64,000 nucleotides of DNA from Lepidodermella squamata (Eukaryota; Animalia; Gastrotricha): the NCBI GenBank assembly GCA_047495785.1, contig JBLDXI010000001.1, forward strand, positions 3,968,001-4,032,000, in the 5' to 3' direction. The position numbers were made by a program, and so were the translations under genes. The notes below the pieces were generated by a model that had not been told where the DNA came from, ran no database searches, and saw nothing but the letters and a program-made list of their open reading frames with translations. The stretch's first letter is position 1; every line of letters starts with the position of its first letter. Shown in pieces: positions 26,301 to 39,024 of this stretch.

Positions 26301-26637
26301 GGCATTTAGGTTGCAGTTTTGACCTCAATTTTGAGATATCGGACCAATCTTCGGTTCTTAAGGCGTTCTTGACGACTAATTGCGACATGCTGAGGGAGTC
26401 TGAACAGCAATCGCCGTAGAATGAGCAAAAGCCGGCGCAGGAGCATGCGCGGATAATTTTATTGCCGTCCCAGTTGACGGGAGTCAATATTGGAGGATCG
26501 CCGGAAGAGTAGGTCTCAAGCATCGAGGCGTAGTCACATGTTGCTTTGATACAGGTTGCAGACTGGTCTTCTGCCGTTAGGGCTGAATTTGAAAGCCCGA
26601 GAATAATTGCCAAAAATGGCAGCAATATTCTAATCAT
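23326..26637 (-). CDS. Family-B (adhesion/Methuselah-like) 7TM GPCR with N-terminal somatomedin-B-like Cys domain, 862 aa, 2 exons (26637-25683, 24959-23326)
   Basis: Signal peptide; CSCAGFCSFYGDCCSD; 7 TM segments with PKLRNRP, C..IG..LHFSYLA, CWI, MGLTW, LNGLQGVFIF; 723-nt phase-1 intron joins KQ-G-EFVISK in frame. Confidence 0.9.
25053..25691 (+). CDS. Nested antisense secreted Thr-rich mucin-like protein with two internal repeats of about 58 aa, 212 aa, single exon
   Basis: Signal peptide MLFWCLVFALFAASYG; repeat TRKLN.G..S..DYKE.L.KMLA.RQVT.SLQPTT.QTTTTT occurs twice; AATAAA at 25789-25794; lies within the GPCR intron. Confidence 0.8.
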   Translation: MLFWCLVFALFAASYGNSEVEQANRMAAEFKRRLMEQMRPSSPSTITSSTSLWTSTSLPTTTRKLNRGVISPTDYKELLQKMLAPRQVTSSLQPTTQQTTTTTDATFPTTILRTSTAFFTTRKLNGGMSAKDYKEMLLKMLASRQVTTSLQPTTHQTTTTTAAPSTTTISPFDELNIARQLAQLMSDQFREIYERMRKAKEERKNVNKTHLV

Positions 26638-27225
26638 GTATCAGTCCTAGAAAATTAATTTGGAAGCTGGAAGCACGAATTTTATTTTGATTTTGTTAAA
26701 TGTACATGATGTTGAAAATGACCTGGAAAACTGTACATAAATGACTGGGCTGGTATCGTCTCATTTATGATTGAAAGGAAAAGTATTTGATTTGAAGCAG
26801 TGCATCCTCTCTTGTTAGGGTCATTCACATTTGGCCCTATGTGAAGCTGCAGAAATATTACAAAAACCAGTTATAACTATAGCTATTGCAGTAGGAAAAA
26901 AATCTCCCCAGGTGCGCATTCATTTTTCTTCCCCTAGCACTTCAGCACACAAATGTGCGGGGAGCCAGAAAAAATAATGCATCTGGGGGAAGCGATTACG
27001 CCTTTCGGCCCCTCGTACAGAGGATTATTGATGGGGTATTTTCGTATGCGCTAAGCACCATGTTATGGCCTCATGAAGGGCTGTACTATGTGTTTATATA
27101 CGCATGATACAGCGATTGGAATGATTTATTATCTTTTAGATTCGAAGGTTACTGGCACAGATTAAAAATGGCGATAAAATCAGGTTTATTCAATGCGTAA
27201 TTGAAACTGAAATTCTGCTAATGAA

Positions 27226-28925
27226 TCAACGCCTCGTGCTTCTCGATCGAGAAGTTCTCGAAGATGAGCTGGTAGATGATGTGAATGTTGTTCCACTAGA
27301 AGAAGAAGAAGAAGTCGTCCCGCTAGTTGATGAAGAACCGCTGCTTGATGATGTTGTTTCTGATGATGATCCTGATGTTGAAGTTGTACCAGTTCCCGTT
27401 GATCGTGATTCGCTTCTTCTGGTGTAGCTCGTGCGATCTCTTGTTTCCTCACCTTCGTACTCAGTGTAAGTACGCCCATCTTCATAATATGAGCCGGTAA
27501 CAGATCGAGGTCGAGGTTTCGGGCGTCTCGCTTGTTGTGAGCTATAGGTGTAAGTGCCAGAAGTGGATCCTTCATCACGCGAAGATCTGCTTTCACCCGA
27601 ATAATAACTGCTTCCAGTTCGGCTGCCATCCGTGTAATAGTAATAATAAGACGATGAGTAAGGAGTTCCTGAGTAATAGCTGTAATAATCGTCGTCATAA
27701 CTGTAATAGCTCGGATAGCTGTCATAGTAATAGGACGAAGACGGCGGCTTCTTCGAATCCTTATGGAACACAGGAAACCAAGCCGATTTAAGGGGCTTCA
27801 CGTTTTGACATGCCCTTTTAAAGTTTCGACCTGAGGAAATGCCACTTGAAGGCGGCGGGGGTGGGTAGCTCTTCTTCTGCAGAGTTGTGCTATCAAGTGG
27901 GTTCGATTCAACTGGAGGAATGTCGATGATTTCATCTCCAATAGGTAAAATATCCGGGGAGGGTGTCATTTGGGCTGCTTGAGCTGCCCGATGGTCGAGA
28001 ACCTTTTGCAGCTGTTCCCGGTTGTAAACAGCTGCTTTGTAGGCTTGAACTGCATTCTTCGTCACATCCGCAACTTGCGCGTTGGATAACAACCGCCTTC
28101 CGTAACCAAGTTTGTATTCATGTACTTTGAACACGATGTACGGCAGGTATAGGAAGAAAAGCACTATCCCTATAATTCAAAAAATCTTCCAAGTTAAACG
28201 TCTAAGTTTTGTAATATGAACCTTCAGTGATAGTGCAGAAACAGTATAGGACGAAAACCGCCTTTCTCCACTTGCTCCATTGATAGCTGTCCCATTCGTT
28301 CAGTATGTAACCTGTAGTCATTGGGAGTGTTAAAGGGACGGTAGTGACTCCGCCTATTGGCTGGGTAGGTGTCGGCTCCCATCTCGCTGTGGTCATGCCG
28401 TAGTAGAACGGGTAAGGGGTCGTGCGCTCGGCTCTGTAAATTCCTGGTGCTAAATCAATAGTCCCCGCAACATTGTTAGCCACTGCCAGGCCCGATATTA
28501 CCACAGATACTGCTAACCAGCAACCGCATCCAACTTCCTATAGGCATAAAATTTCAAGTTGTTATCAGCTTGGAAAATTTATAGACATCAAGAACAACCC
28601 AAGTCCAATAGCCGTCTCGTTTCTTGAAAAGCCGGCAGAATTCTACGATGCAGAATATAATTGATGTCACGGACCAAACAAAGTTGGCGCCTGATCTGTG
28701 GATAAATAAAGGACTGTAATCGGCAGCTTTCAATTGGCAAATGGCTGCTCCTAGCACCAGAAGTGCCGCAACTCCAATGAAAGTCAAGCATCGGTAATTT
28801 CGCGAACTTGTGAACCAGTGAATGCTAGCGCGTTGAACTGATCGGGCGCGCTGTTGAAGAGAAATAAAACTAAAGGCATCAAAATTGAAAATGCTTCGTT
28901 ACGCGATAATTTCTGAGAAATGCAT
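27226..28925 (-). CDS. Multi-pass (about 4 TM, MARVEL-like topology) membrane protein with Tyr/Ser/Thr-rich C-terminal tail; 5' end uncertain
   Basis: ORFs 28554..28787, 28202..28504 and 27226..28164 can be joined by short introns, giving four hydrophobic segments. The start exon and one donor (GTCTAT) are weak. Confidence 0.6.
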
Positions 28926-29699
28926 TTTTGAACAGCCGGTATTGAACTGGAACGTAGGGTGTTACGTGAGCTTGACTAACAATGTAGGTCATTTTCAAAT
29001 CTTAATTTATATCATTTGAAAATTGATGATAAGGATTGTCCCGGGCTAAAAACGAGCGCTTTAGAATACAACTTTCAAAAATATCGTTTACAAAGTGCGC
29101 GAGTTTAAAAGATGCACCCGCGAGCTGTGTTACTTTCTATTTACTTCTGTGTGGCAAGTATTGTATTATTATTATTTTTCCTGTAATAATAGCGGTCATG
29201 TTCAAGAACGTGCGCGACGACGGCTTTTGCTGAGCTTTGTTTACTGTCGGCAAAATTCATTGCTACCGGTATACGAGCGGCTCGCAAAATAAATTTCGCC
29301 GTCTGCGCACAATGTTTTGTTAAGCTGAAACACCAACGTTGAAACGGCACTACACGGCATTCAGCGTTCAGGACGCGAGTAACCGGCAATGAGTGGAAGT
29401 TGAGACTGAGAAATTACATTCCTCCACTGTAACTCTAAGATTTCCTTGTACCTGTCTGGCTAATAACATTATTGCCAGGAAAGTTGAAAGAGGATGCTAA
29501 AGGCAGCCTAATCTTTTCTGCGTTAATTACAAATGACAACAAATATTGACAAAACCGGAAAATCTCTCGTTCATTTCATCATAAGAAATCCGGTGATTAT
29601 ATACAACAAATAAGCCAATTAATTTAAAACATAAATCAACAATTAATCATTAACACCAGCGGATAGTCGCGCCAATCTGTTTATAATTCTTTGAAAGTG

Positions 29700-30525
29700 T
29701 TACAGCTCTTTTGTTTTCTTCGCCAATGCCTTTGCCTTGGCATCATTACTCTCATAGTACAGCTTCAGGTAAGCCAAGCGACGATTGAAGCGCCGATTTT
29801 CCACGGCACTAAGCAATTTATCGGTATTGGACGGAATGAAGCTTTCGTGTTCGACTTTTGGTAAGTTTCGTGGTCGGCTTCCGAATGTGCCATCCCAGGC
29901 GACGTGCCGATCCCGCTTCAGCTGATGTTCATACTGACCTGGACCAACCGTTTCGTCTGCAGTAGTTTCAACTTTGGCTAATCGAGCGCCATTATACAAG
30001 AAAGGGACATTTTTATGAGATGTTCGATGAATCTAGTAAGAAAACAGTACAAATGTAAAGATGCATGCAGTATAAATATAGGCATACCGTCACTGTATCG
30101 GGTATTTCATAAGCTCCAGGGCCAGGTATATTCTCTATCAGTTGAGCCTGAACTCTAGGCGCTGTTCGAGCGCCCAAACTATAACCTCTCTTGCTGACTG
30201 GTAGGTGTTCACTCTTGTAATTCATGGATGTTTTCTGCAGATAAGAAGATAAATGTAACAACAAGTCGATATAATACAAATTTAGTCTCCTTACTTCGTC
30301 AACATTATATTTGGCAGGCCCCAACTTCGGATCGCCATTCGCTGAAAGTCCGGCTCCGAATCGATCAACAGGAAGGTCTTCCGGGAAAATCAATCGCCGT
30401 TGTCCGGACTGAAACGCTACTTTCTTCTGGCGTTCGAGCTCTTTTTCCTCATCTAAGGTTAGAATAATAATCATGATGTACCATGTCAGGCCAGTATAAG
30501 GCAATTTACCTCGAAGAGACTTCAT
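29700..30525 (-). CDS. PIFO: Pitchfork / ciliary microtubule-associated protein 3 (PGP-repeat protein), 4 exons
   Basis: AFQSGQRRLIFP..DRFG, LGPAKY, SKRGYSLGARTAPR, PGPGAY, VGPGQY, W..TFG and C-terminal RRLAYLKLYY match pitchfork. Confidence 0.82.
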
Positions 30526-30620
30526 TTCAGCAACAGCAACGTCCCCTTTTAGCAGCAGCAGATCAAATCTGGTGAACAAGCTTTGCTACGGAGCGCATGT
30601 TACTTCATGTATATCACGCT

Positions 30621-30653
30621 GTTGCTAGGAAAACGCGTCGTTACTATGCAAAC
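30621..30653. promoter_or_regulatory. Two tandem RFX X-box-like motifs upstream of pitchfork
   Basis: GTTGCTAGGAAAAC (30621-30634) and GTTACTATGCAAAC (30640-30653), about 100-130 nt upstream of the ATG of a ciliary gene. Confidence 0.7.
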
Positions 30654-31240
30654 ATATAATGTGAAAATCGGCCCAAATAAGTATTTAAAGAGTTTATATA
30701 AAAATAAGTAACTTAATTTTCAAAATACGTAAATTACTCCGCGCGGCAAACCGCTTTTTTTGTTCGAAAATGCCGACCGATTCCCGATAGGTTTGCGATA
30801 GGTTTGCGGTTTTCATGATTAGCAATAAATTTCATCTAAGAAGAGCTTCTCTTTAGACATCTTTAGTGTCCTTTGGCTTGTTCTTGCAGATGGACTAGTC
30901 ATAGACACAGAAAGCTTATCGATCGCAACCATCGTTTCAACGTGCTCGTCGAGTTGCTTGATAAAGCAAGCGATTGGCCGTAGCTTACCCATTTCCATGA
31001 TTTCTCCAGAGATCTGGTCTTTCTTTCATAGATCAGGCTGGGTATCGCGTGTGAATTGGGGAAAATGGGGATTGTTATCCCTTCTCAATTCACTATGTTC
31101 AGATGAATGTTTTTCTCAGCTTTCAGGGCTCAATTCAGCTTTCATTAGTCGGAAATGTGAATCGGAAATCTTGAATGCAATCTATTTTCTGACTTCATAG
31201 ACACCATATAAAATGGATTGAACCGGACCAAAAATAAAAG

Positions 31241-33482
31241 ATGGAGCACGAGGCGACGTCATCAGCTGCTCTGCCACCAGTGGCTGGATCCTCCACTGAA
31301 TCAGCTGATAAGAAGGGGGCTTTTGCTTTTCCACCGCCCAAGACAACTCGTTTCGTGCGACCGATCCTCCTCTCTCAAATGTTGCAAGTTTCTGAGCCTG
31401 CAGAATCCGTTGCTGAAGCTTCATTGGAGTCCCCTGTGAATGATAATGACAAAACAACCGACGGTGTGGTGACCGCAAATCAACAACAAAACTCAAATTC
31501 TTCATACCTTATAGAGCCATATCTTCCGATTCGTCCTATGTTGGTTTCGAAGGTAACACTAAAGCAGGTCGTAATGTTTCCAGCTAAATAGCTTCGATGA
31601 TGTAGGAGAGACGTAAGGTCTCCGAGGAGGAATTCGGACTAATCAAAGTACAACAAGCCATTTCAGCATTCATCGGGGTATCAGTTTCAATGAAAAAAGT
31701 ATTAATTTATCTTATGTGTTAATTAACAGGCACCGAGAAATCAACTTCTCAAAGAACCTCGAAAGCGTACTCTGACTGCCCCGCCGTCTTCTAAATTACC
31801 AGGGAAACGTGGGCCGAAGAATGTGGGGGTGATATTGTCTGTCAATGGAGAAACAGCCCATGTGCCGGTAATTTCTCTTGCTGTTTACACACCCCAAAGA
31901 TTGATATCACTAATTATTCCAGGTTAATTGTCCTCAAGCACCAGAAGTCGATCTGACAGTAAATGAGGATCGAATTCCTGAGACTGAAATTCATATCCCT
32001 CACCCACCGTCAGTACAAAAGGGCCCTAAACCCGGCAAGCGGATGCAAGACATATTGCTAGATGATGTGAGAAAAGCTATCGATGCACTCAAAGATCGTA
32101 CTCAAAAGGACGCCGTCGAGCCTGCGATCAAGTTGAAAAATATTCTTACACCGTCGAAAAAAGTTTGTATCGTTTATGAATTCAGAGCAGCGCTTTATCA
32201 TTGTTTTTTTATCAGCCAAAACCTGCGGAAATACCGAGGGCACCTTCAATTGATCTGCCTGAGCCACATTCTATGCCTACCTCCTCTGCAAACTCACGAA
32301 TTTCTCTCAAAGTCTGTAATTTTATGGGTTCAATTACTTGAAACTTGAATTTCTTTTATAGCCTGTGATCATTGAACATGCGCCTAAAGTCGTACTCACC
32401 CCTGTGAAATCTCATCTGGAACTAGCGAAATCTCCTGTAAAATTAGTAATAGCGGTAATAAGATTTTTCGTCTAACATTGTTTGGAAAATTTATCTCCTT
32501 ATTTTAGAGAAATGATGTTGCAAAGAGCAGCGCAAAAGCAATTGACAAGTCGAGTTCAGCGCGAGCGCCTACTGACCTATTGGAAGGAGCTTCCGTTGTT
32601 ATCGATCCGAGAAATGAATCACCGAATCCATTCTCCACTGTCGAACCCGAAATGTTGCCTCAACTCGAAAATCAAGTGGCTAATATATTGGTTGAAATGA
32701 ATCAAAGCAGGTCAAATGCTGTAACCCCTATGAAAATTTCTGATCCAGTTGCTCAACCTGAAACTCCAGTTGTTGTTAAGAAGCACTTTCGATCGAGTTT
32801 TCTCTCGAAGTTGAATGAAATAGATCGGGCTAGGTTCATGCCAGGTGCTCCTAGGGTGAAAAAATCAGTGCCCTCGATTGCTGAGAAGCCTGCCTCGAAA
32901 CAACAACCCAAGTCGGCTGATTATTCAAAGCTGAGTACACGGGGCAAGAAAATTCGGCAAGTCTCGTATTTCAAACGAGAAGCCGATTTATTGTTGAAAA
33001 AGACCAAGTCGAATTTGTATAAGAAGTACCTTCAAGATTGCGAGGTTGAAGTGATGCAATTGAAGGTTTTATTCAAAAGCGGCCAAGATATTTCGATTAA
33101 AATTCCAGCTGGTAAAGCTGTTCAGCATTTCTCATCACGGGGTGTTCAAACTGTCGAATCTTCTTTCAAAAATAATTCCGAAGTTTGCCAGCAACAACCG
33201 TCGTCTTCCAACAATTATCAACCGCTGAATCGATCAGCCAATGTGCCATGGATTTTGAGCTCCGAAAGTGAGGATGATCGGTATGATGAATCTTCCCACG
33301 AGTCGGCGTCAAGCAACACTCGGCGGCCTGCTGATTTAGCGGTTTTTCGATCGAAAACTCAACGCTGGGGTCGAACTCAGCCAGCTATTTTGCGAAAGCC
33401 GCCTCAAACTGGTGGGAAGAATGGTCCGAGCTCAAGTGCCCAGCAAAATGGCGGCGAAAATGTCATTAACATTTTCTTATAA
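31241..33482 (+). CDS. Uncharacterised, largely disordered P/S/K-rich protein, about 7 exons
   Basis: Chain of ORF segments (31241, ~31606, ~31730, ~31923, ~32215, ~32362, ~32508-33482) separated by GT-AG introns of about 50 nt; AATAAA at 33512-33525. Exact junctions are not all resolved. Confidence 0.55.
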
Positions 33483-33596
33483 ATTTGCTACCCAGTTTTT
33501 CAAGTTTTAATAATAAATGAATAAAATATTTACTTCGATTAATGATTTGAGATGTTTCTCAATTTTTTTTTTAGGGTTTTTTAGTCACCCTGTTAA

Positions 33597-35625
33597 ATGG
33601 GTGTTAATGGTTTGTGGCCGGCGATTGAAGACGCACGTCAAATTGTTTCGTTCAACTATCTCAAGGGTAAAATTATAGCCATTGATTTGTCGCTATGGCT
33701 ATGTGAAAATGTGACGAAAATTACCGATCCAAATGCTGTTGTTAATATGCCATTTCGGTTTGCATTGAATAGTTCGGAATTTTCCCCGAGTAAAGCATTT
33801 TCGATTTCTAGAAATATATTCTTCCGAACTTCTCATCTGCTCAAAAATGGAGTTCGACCAATTTTTGTCATTGATGGCAGGCCGCCTGAGTTGAAAAAAT
33901 CGGAAATTTTCCGGCGGATGAAGCTTACTTCGAAGTGCTCAGTGGATACTCGAATGAAAGAAGCCGTTGACCAGGTTTTAAATCGAAAATTTCACCAACA
34001 ATCGATGGGTTGATTTACTTCCATTCTAGTGCTGCTCGCTATTCGACGCCATGGGCGTATTCTATGTTCGAAGCGATGGTGAAGCTGAAGCTTTATGCGC
34101 TTATCTAGACAGAGAAGGGGTAAAATTTTCTGTCATGAACAAAATATTTCGATCGATGTAGTTCTGCTCTTCTAGTTAGTCGACGGCTGTATTACTGAAG
34201 ATGGAGATGCGTTTTTATACGGAGCTCAAACAATTTATCGCGATTTTTCGGTCAAGAAAGAGGTAATGATTATTCAAGCTTTCTAGGTCTGAAATTATTA
34301 TTTTTGTAATTTATTTAGGAAATTATGTGTTATGAAATGCTGAAAATTGAGATGGATTTGAATTTTAATCGCGAGAGTTTAGTCGCTCTGGCCCTCCTAG
34401 CCGGCTGCGACTACAACAAAACCGGAGCTCGAGGAATCGGTCCAGTACGCTGGGCTAAATTCGTAAATATATGCCAGAATGAGAATAATCGCAACCCTAT
34501 CGAAGTATTACGTTCATGGCTTGATTCTGAGGAAAATTTGCCTTCAACTCAAAGTTGCTCAAACGAGGAGGAATCTCTGTCAAAATTAGCGCAAACATTT
34601 CGGAAAGGCGTCACAAAGGAGTTGTTCGAACAAATTGTTGATGAATTTATGTCGGATAAGGATGCGAAATTTTCGGTTGTAGCGAAGCAAATCGCCGATA
34701 GGAAAGAAGCAGGAGCTTTATGGGCTTTACCTAAACTTGATCCGTTGATCGATGTGCTTTGTAACGTACAACAATGGAGCAGAGACAAAGCAAAGGGGCG
34801 AGTTTTCCCTCTTTTGACTAGATTTCGGATAACCGAGGTAAGTTGACCCAATTTTTATTTTTCAAAATTAAAATTGGAATTATTTCAAGGGAGTATGGCT
34901 TAAGTCATCAGACCAAGACGCTCTGCCTAGAGCTCGAAAAATTTTAAAGCGCCGATTTAGAAGCGAACAGCCATTTTTCGAAGTTGAATGGACCTGGCCT
35001 GGATCTCCTTCGAAAAATGCCACAAAAGAACGAGATTTTACGACCCTTGAGCCTGTCGGGGTGTTCGACCAAGCCTACCCCAAAATGGCGGCAGAATTCA
35101 TTGAAGCGGAACAAAAGCCGGCGAGAAAAACGAAAAGCAGCGAGAATGAATCGATCCCGAAGGTAATTTCGCATTTTTCTAAATTTTTAAAGAAATTTGA
35201 AATTTTGATTTCGAAAAGCTTGAATCATTTTGGCCTGTTGTAAAACGGCCGAGACTTTCTCCCTCTTCTGCTATCGAAACGGTCGATTTAACTAAGGCTT
35301 CTGATGATGAGGATGAATGATACCTATCTCAAATTATATAGAATGGTTTGTTGAAATCGTTTTTGAAAATTCTTCAATTATTTTTTTACAGAAAATTATA
35401 ACAGATTATTTTACTCCTGTTGGTGCAAATTCGATTGACGATCTCATAAAATCGATGGATAATATTGCGATTGCTCGGAAGCCGACGACTTGCTCAAGCG
35501 AATCCAAGGCGTGGAAACCGCCGCCTTTGCCTCGCAGTTCGAGTGATTTTTTCGGAATGAGCGTTGAAAAACCTGCCGTTTATCAAGGCTCAGTTTTTGC
35601 CACGCTATTCGGATCGAAGAATTGA
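33597..35625 (+). CDS. GEN1: Flap endonuclease / Holliday junction resolvase GEN1 (XPG/Rad2 family), multi-exon
   Basis: MGVNGLW, IAIDLSLWLCE, RNIFFRT, IFVIDG.PPELK, GEAEALCAYL, TEDGDAFLYGA, LALLAGCDY, and chromo-like FEVEW...TLEP..FDQAYP. Confidence 0.88.
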
Positions 35626-35926
35626 TATTTATACAAAATTTTATACTTGATGATAAAAATGCGAATAATTCGACTGCCTTTTGTTTTATCATGAATAAAC
35701 CGATTTTGATTACAAAAATATAATTACAAAACGGTTTCATCTTTTTGATCTATGTGTTTAGAAAGGCGTGGTTTTCGAGTGAATAACTGAATAAATGTAT
35801 CAAATAATGAAGTGGAGTGGTGATAAGCCGAATTATCGGTCTTTATTGCGACCAATTAAGTCTCCGGTCTTATTATCATCAAGATAACCCGTGAAGATAT
35901 CGCGGCTTTGGTTTTCACAACAAACG

Positions 35927-38793
35927 ATGTCCAGCTTTTTTGGTATATCTTTATTTTCGTCTCGCCGCTGTTTGCCATGGTAATTTATTGCGTGTAAAAT
36001 TTTCAGGTCATTTTTTTAACGAATTTTTTTCCGAAGGCTACTTTAAAATGTTCGACTTGCTCACTGCGATTCGATCGGCCAATGCTGTTGCCATGCGGCT
36101 TCACGTCTTGTCTGAGATGTCTACGCAGACTTGCGGCTGAACACCCTGAGTACATCATGTGTGTTGACTGCCTCAAAAGGCACGAAGTTCCCGATGGCAT
36201 GAGCGTAGAAAGTATACAAAAATATTTTTCAAAAAATAACTTTGGAATTTTCTGAATTTCGCCCTTAATTTTTTTCAGGTTTTCCCGTAAATAAATTGAT
36301 CCTCGAATTATTGACCTCAAACGACGTAGCCGGTCCGCCGCGCCGATCTGCGCCCGCCCCGCCGCCCGTCAAGTCTCGAACTGTTGAAATTTGCTCAAAA
36401 TGCGGCAACAAAACGGCGTCGTTTGAAAATTGCGCCCACTGCAACGCAATTTTCTGTATTTTCTGCTTTGAAAAGCACATTGAAGCTATCAACGAAGAAG
36501 TCGTCAATTACGTCTCAGCGGTAAATATTTTCCCTATCCATTAATTTACCAAATAATCTGAAAATTGTGTTTTAACACTTTCGATATAATTGCGAAAGAA
36601 ACCTCAATCCTCAGGGATTTCAGTTAATTTCTAAAATTTGAGAATTTGAAATCAGTTGAAATTTCAGCGTGAAATGAAAACTGTCATTAAAATTCTTCAA
36701 TTTTATAGGTCGAAGAGCATTGCGCGGCTGCTGGGCAGGTTGTTAGCTTTTATTCAAGCCTAAACAACGGAATTTCTTCGATTGTGGAGCGCGAAAAGCG
36801 GAAAGAGGCCGTTATCGAGTGGGGCGAGCAGTTGAAATCGCTATTCATTCGCGCTATTGGCGCTCGAGTCGGGCAACTCTGTTCCGAAGTAGACACGCTG
36901 TTTGACGATCAAAGCTCGAAAATGGGCATATTGGGCGATGCTGCGGCCAAGGTGCAGCACATTCAAAGCCGGTGTACTGCTATTGCGGAGGAATTGCGGT
37001 CGTCTTCTCGGCCGAATGTGCCGAACATTTTCGCAACTTGTGCTCAAGTTGATGAAGAGGTACTAAGATGAAAGATATTCCACGTGTTAGCAAAAACTAC
37101 ACCACATTACAATACGAATTTTTCTCTTTTTCTTTGCCACCACCAGTCTTAAACATCGAGACGAATCTGGTAGAAACAATTGAATTTTACCTTCATTTCT
37201 AATTATATTCTAAATATTTCTAAAATAATTCTTCTCTAAATTTCACAACTAAGTCTTCAGAGTCTTCTAGGTATTTTTCGCTTAATTCCATAAATGGGGT
37301 ACGAGACATCGAGCGAAATGCATTAATGAATAATGACTCGATGGATAACGAATAAATATTTGAAAAATTTCTATTATTACCAGGAGATTACAGTAAGTTT
37401 CCATTCGGGTTTTTCGAACCTAATTAGATTTTTCGGTAGAAATTTTCACATCAGTTGCTGTGAAGTTTTCTAAACATAAGACCTGAAATAATTTGGGGAA
37501 AATAAATTGGATGAGTTAAAGGGGCGTATTCGATATTAGGCTTCGACCTCGAATTGATAAGGAATTCATTTCGATTTGGTGAAATTTATGGAATTTTCTT
37601 ATTAGATCAGGTCATTGGAGGATTCACTTGATGGCCTGGGCCTGCCTTACATCGACAACGATTCATCGACTCAGGACACGCAACATCTGTTGGACGAATT
37701 GAAGAACCTTGGCAAGCTGGTTTGCGATTCGAAACGAACAATGCAGGACATTATGGCCGCGACACAACAGCAACAAACCGATGGTCAATATGACTACGGC
37801 GGGTCGTTCTCGGAAACGCCGCAAGTTGACCCGAATACTTACTACGAAAGCTTGACCAGCGCATCGCTAACAACCACCCTAGACGCGACTGAAAAGCCTT
37901 TTGGACCCATTTGGGATATGGCAACTTACTCGCCGATAACTGAAGATTCGTTCAAATTTGTCGTTATCGTTCATAACAAGACATTTGCAACAATTATTGA
38001 CCCGCAAAATGGGACATCCGTGGCTACCTTCGATTTATTCCCGCCTGAAAATGGGATTAAAATCGACGTTAAACACGTTGCAGTTTCGACTTTGCGTAAG
38101 GAAATCTATTTCAGCCAAAGCGATAAAAGCGGAATTTTCAGCCTTGCGATTCCGCAGAATTCCAGCCAAAAATCGGCGAAATTGATTGAAGCCACCCTGG
38201 GCCAGAAAATTCCAGCCTCGAATGATTCATGGTTCTGTGGTATGGCGGTTGACGACCGGGCCAAAGTCGTGTATGCCTGCGATCAATTCCGATCACGAGT
38301 TGTCGCTTGGTCGTTAGAAAACGGCTCGCAATTAGCTGCTTTTCCAATATCGGGTAGTCCCGTTAGCGGCGATTTTAAACCGTTTAAATGCGCTATTTCC
38401 CCTGTTCGAACTGCTGGAACTGTTCTGCTATCTGTTTCGGACTACACAAATGAAAGGCTTTGCGTTTTGGCCCTTACCAACCCAACAACTGGACAGTATG
38501 TGCCGAATGCGGTGGTCAATCGAGGCCAGATGTTAGGGACAGTGCAACGGCCGTGTGGAGTTGCCTTTGATGCGATTGGCCAACTTTTGGTTGCTGAGGG
38601 CCCGACTCGTAGAGTTCAGCTGTTTTGCCTAACCCCTGAATGTCAATCGCTAATGGCCTTCCCGGCTGATAACAGCAAGTTGCGATCGCCTCGAGGTGTC
38701 GGAGTGCTGTTCTATGGCCCGAGAATCGACCGACAAGTCATTGCTGTGGCCGATAATGCTGCGAATACTGTCTTTTTCTTCAAAACTGATTGA
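35927..38793 (+). CDS. TRIM-NHL-like protein (RING, B-box-like, coiled coil, NHL/beta-propeller), multi-exon
   Basis: LKCSTC..FDRPMLLPCGFTSCLRC..CVDC RING with FPVNKLI; CSKC..CAHC..FCIFCFEKH; NHL-type PCGVAFDAIGQLLVAE, PRGV..IAVAD. Confidence 0.8.
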
Positions 38794-39024
38794 GATGTTA
38801 GACGCGAATAGATAGCCTTGCTTGCTTTGAAATTTCGAGATTTAACCGTAGTCCTTCTTTGAATTAAAGACGAATCATTGCTATAGGTTCTTGGTGTAAG
38901 ATGTGTACTCTTGTTTTGTTTTTTTACGCACTTTTTTCGCCGCACCAAAAAAAGAAACACGCACGCACTTGGAGTAGCTTGTTTTAAAGCGTTTTCTTGT
39001 GTGTTTAGAGTTTCGTGGAAAATT

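Noticed and set aside
27221-27427. Acidic E/D/V ORF on the plus strand, and ORF 27186..27725
   Set aside because: Shadow frames of the Ser/Thr-rich minus-strand CDS.
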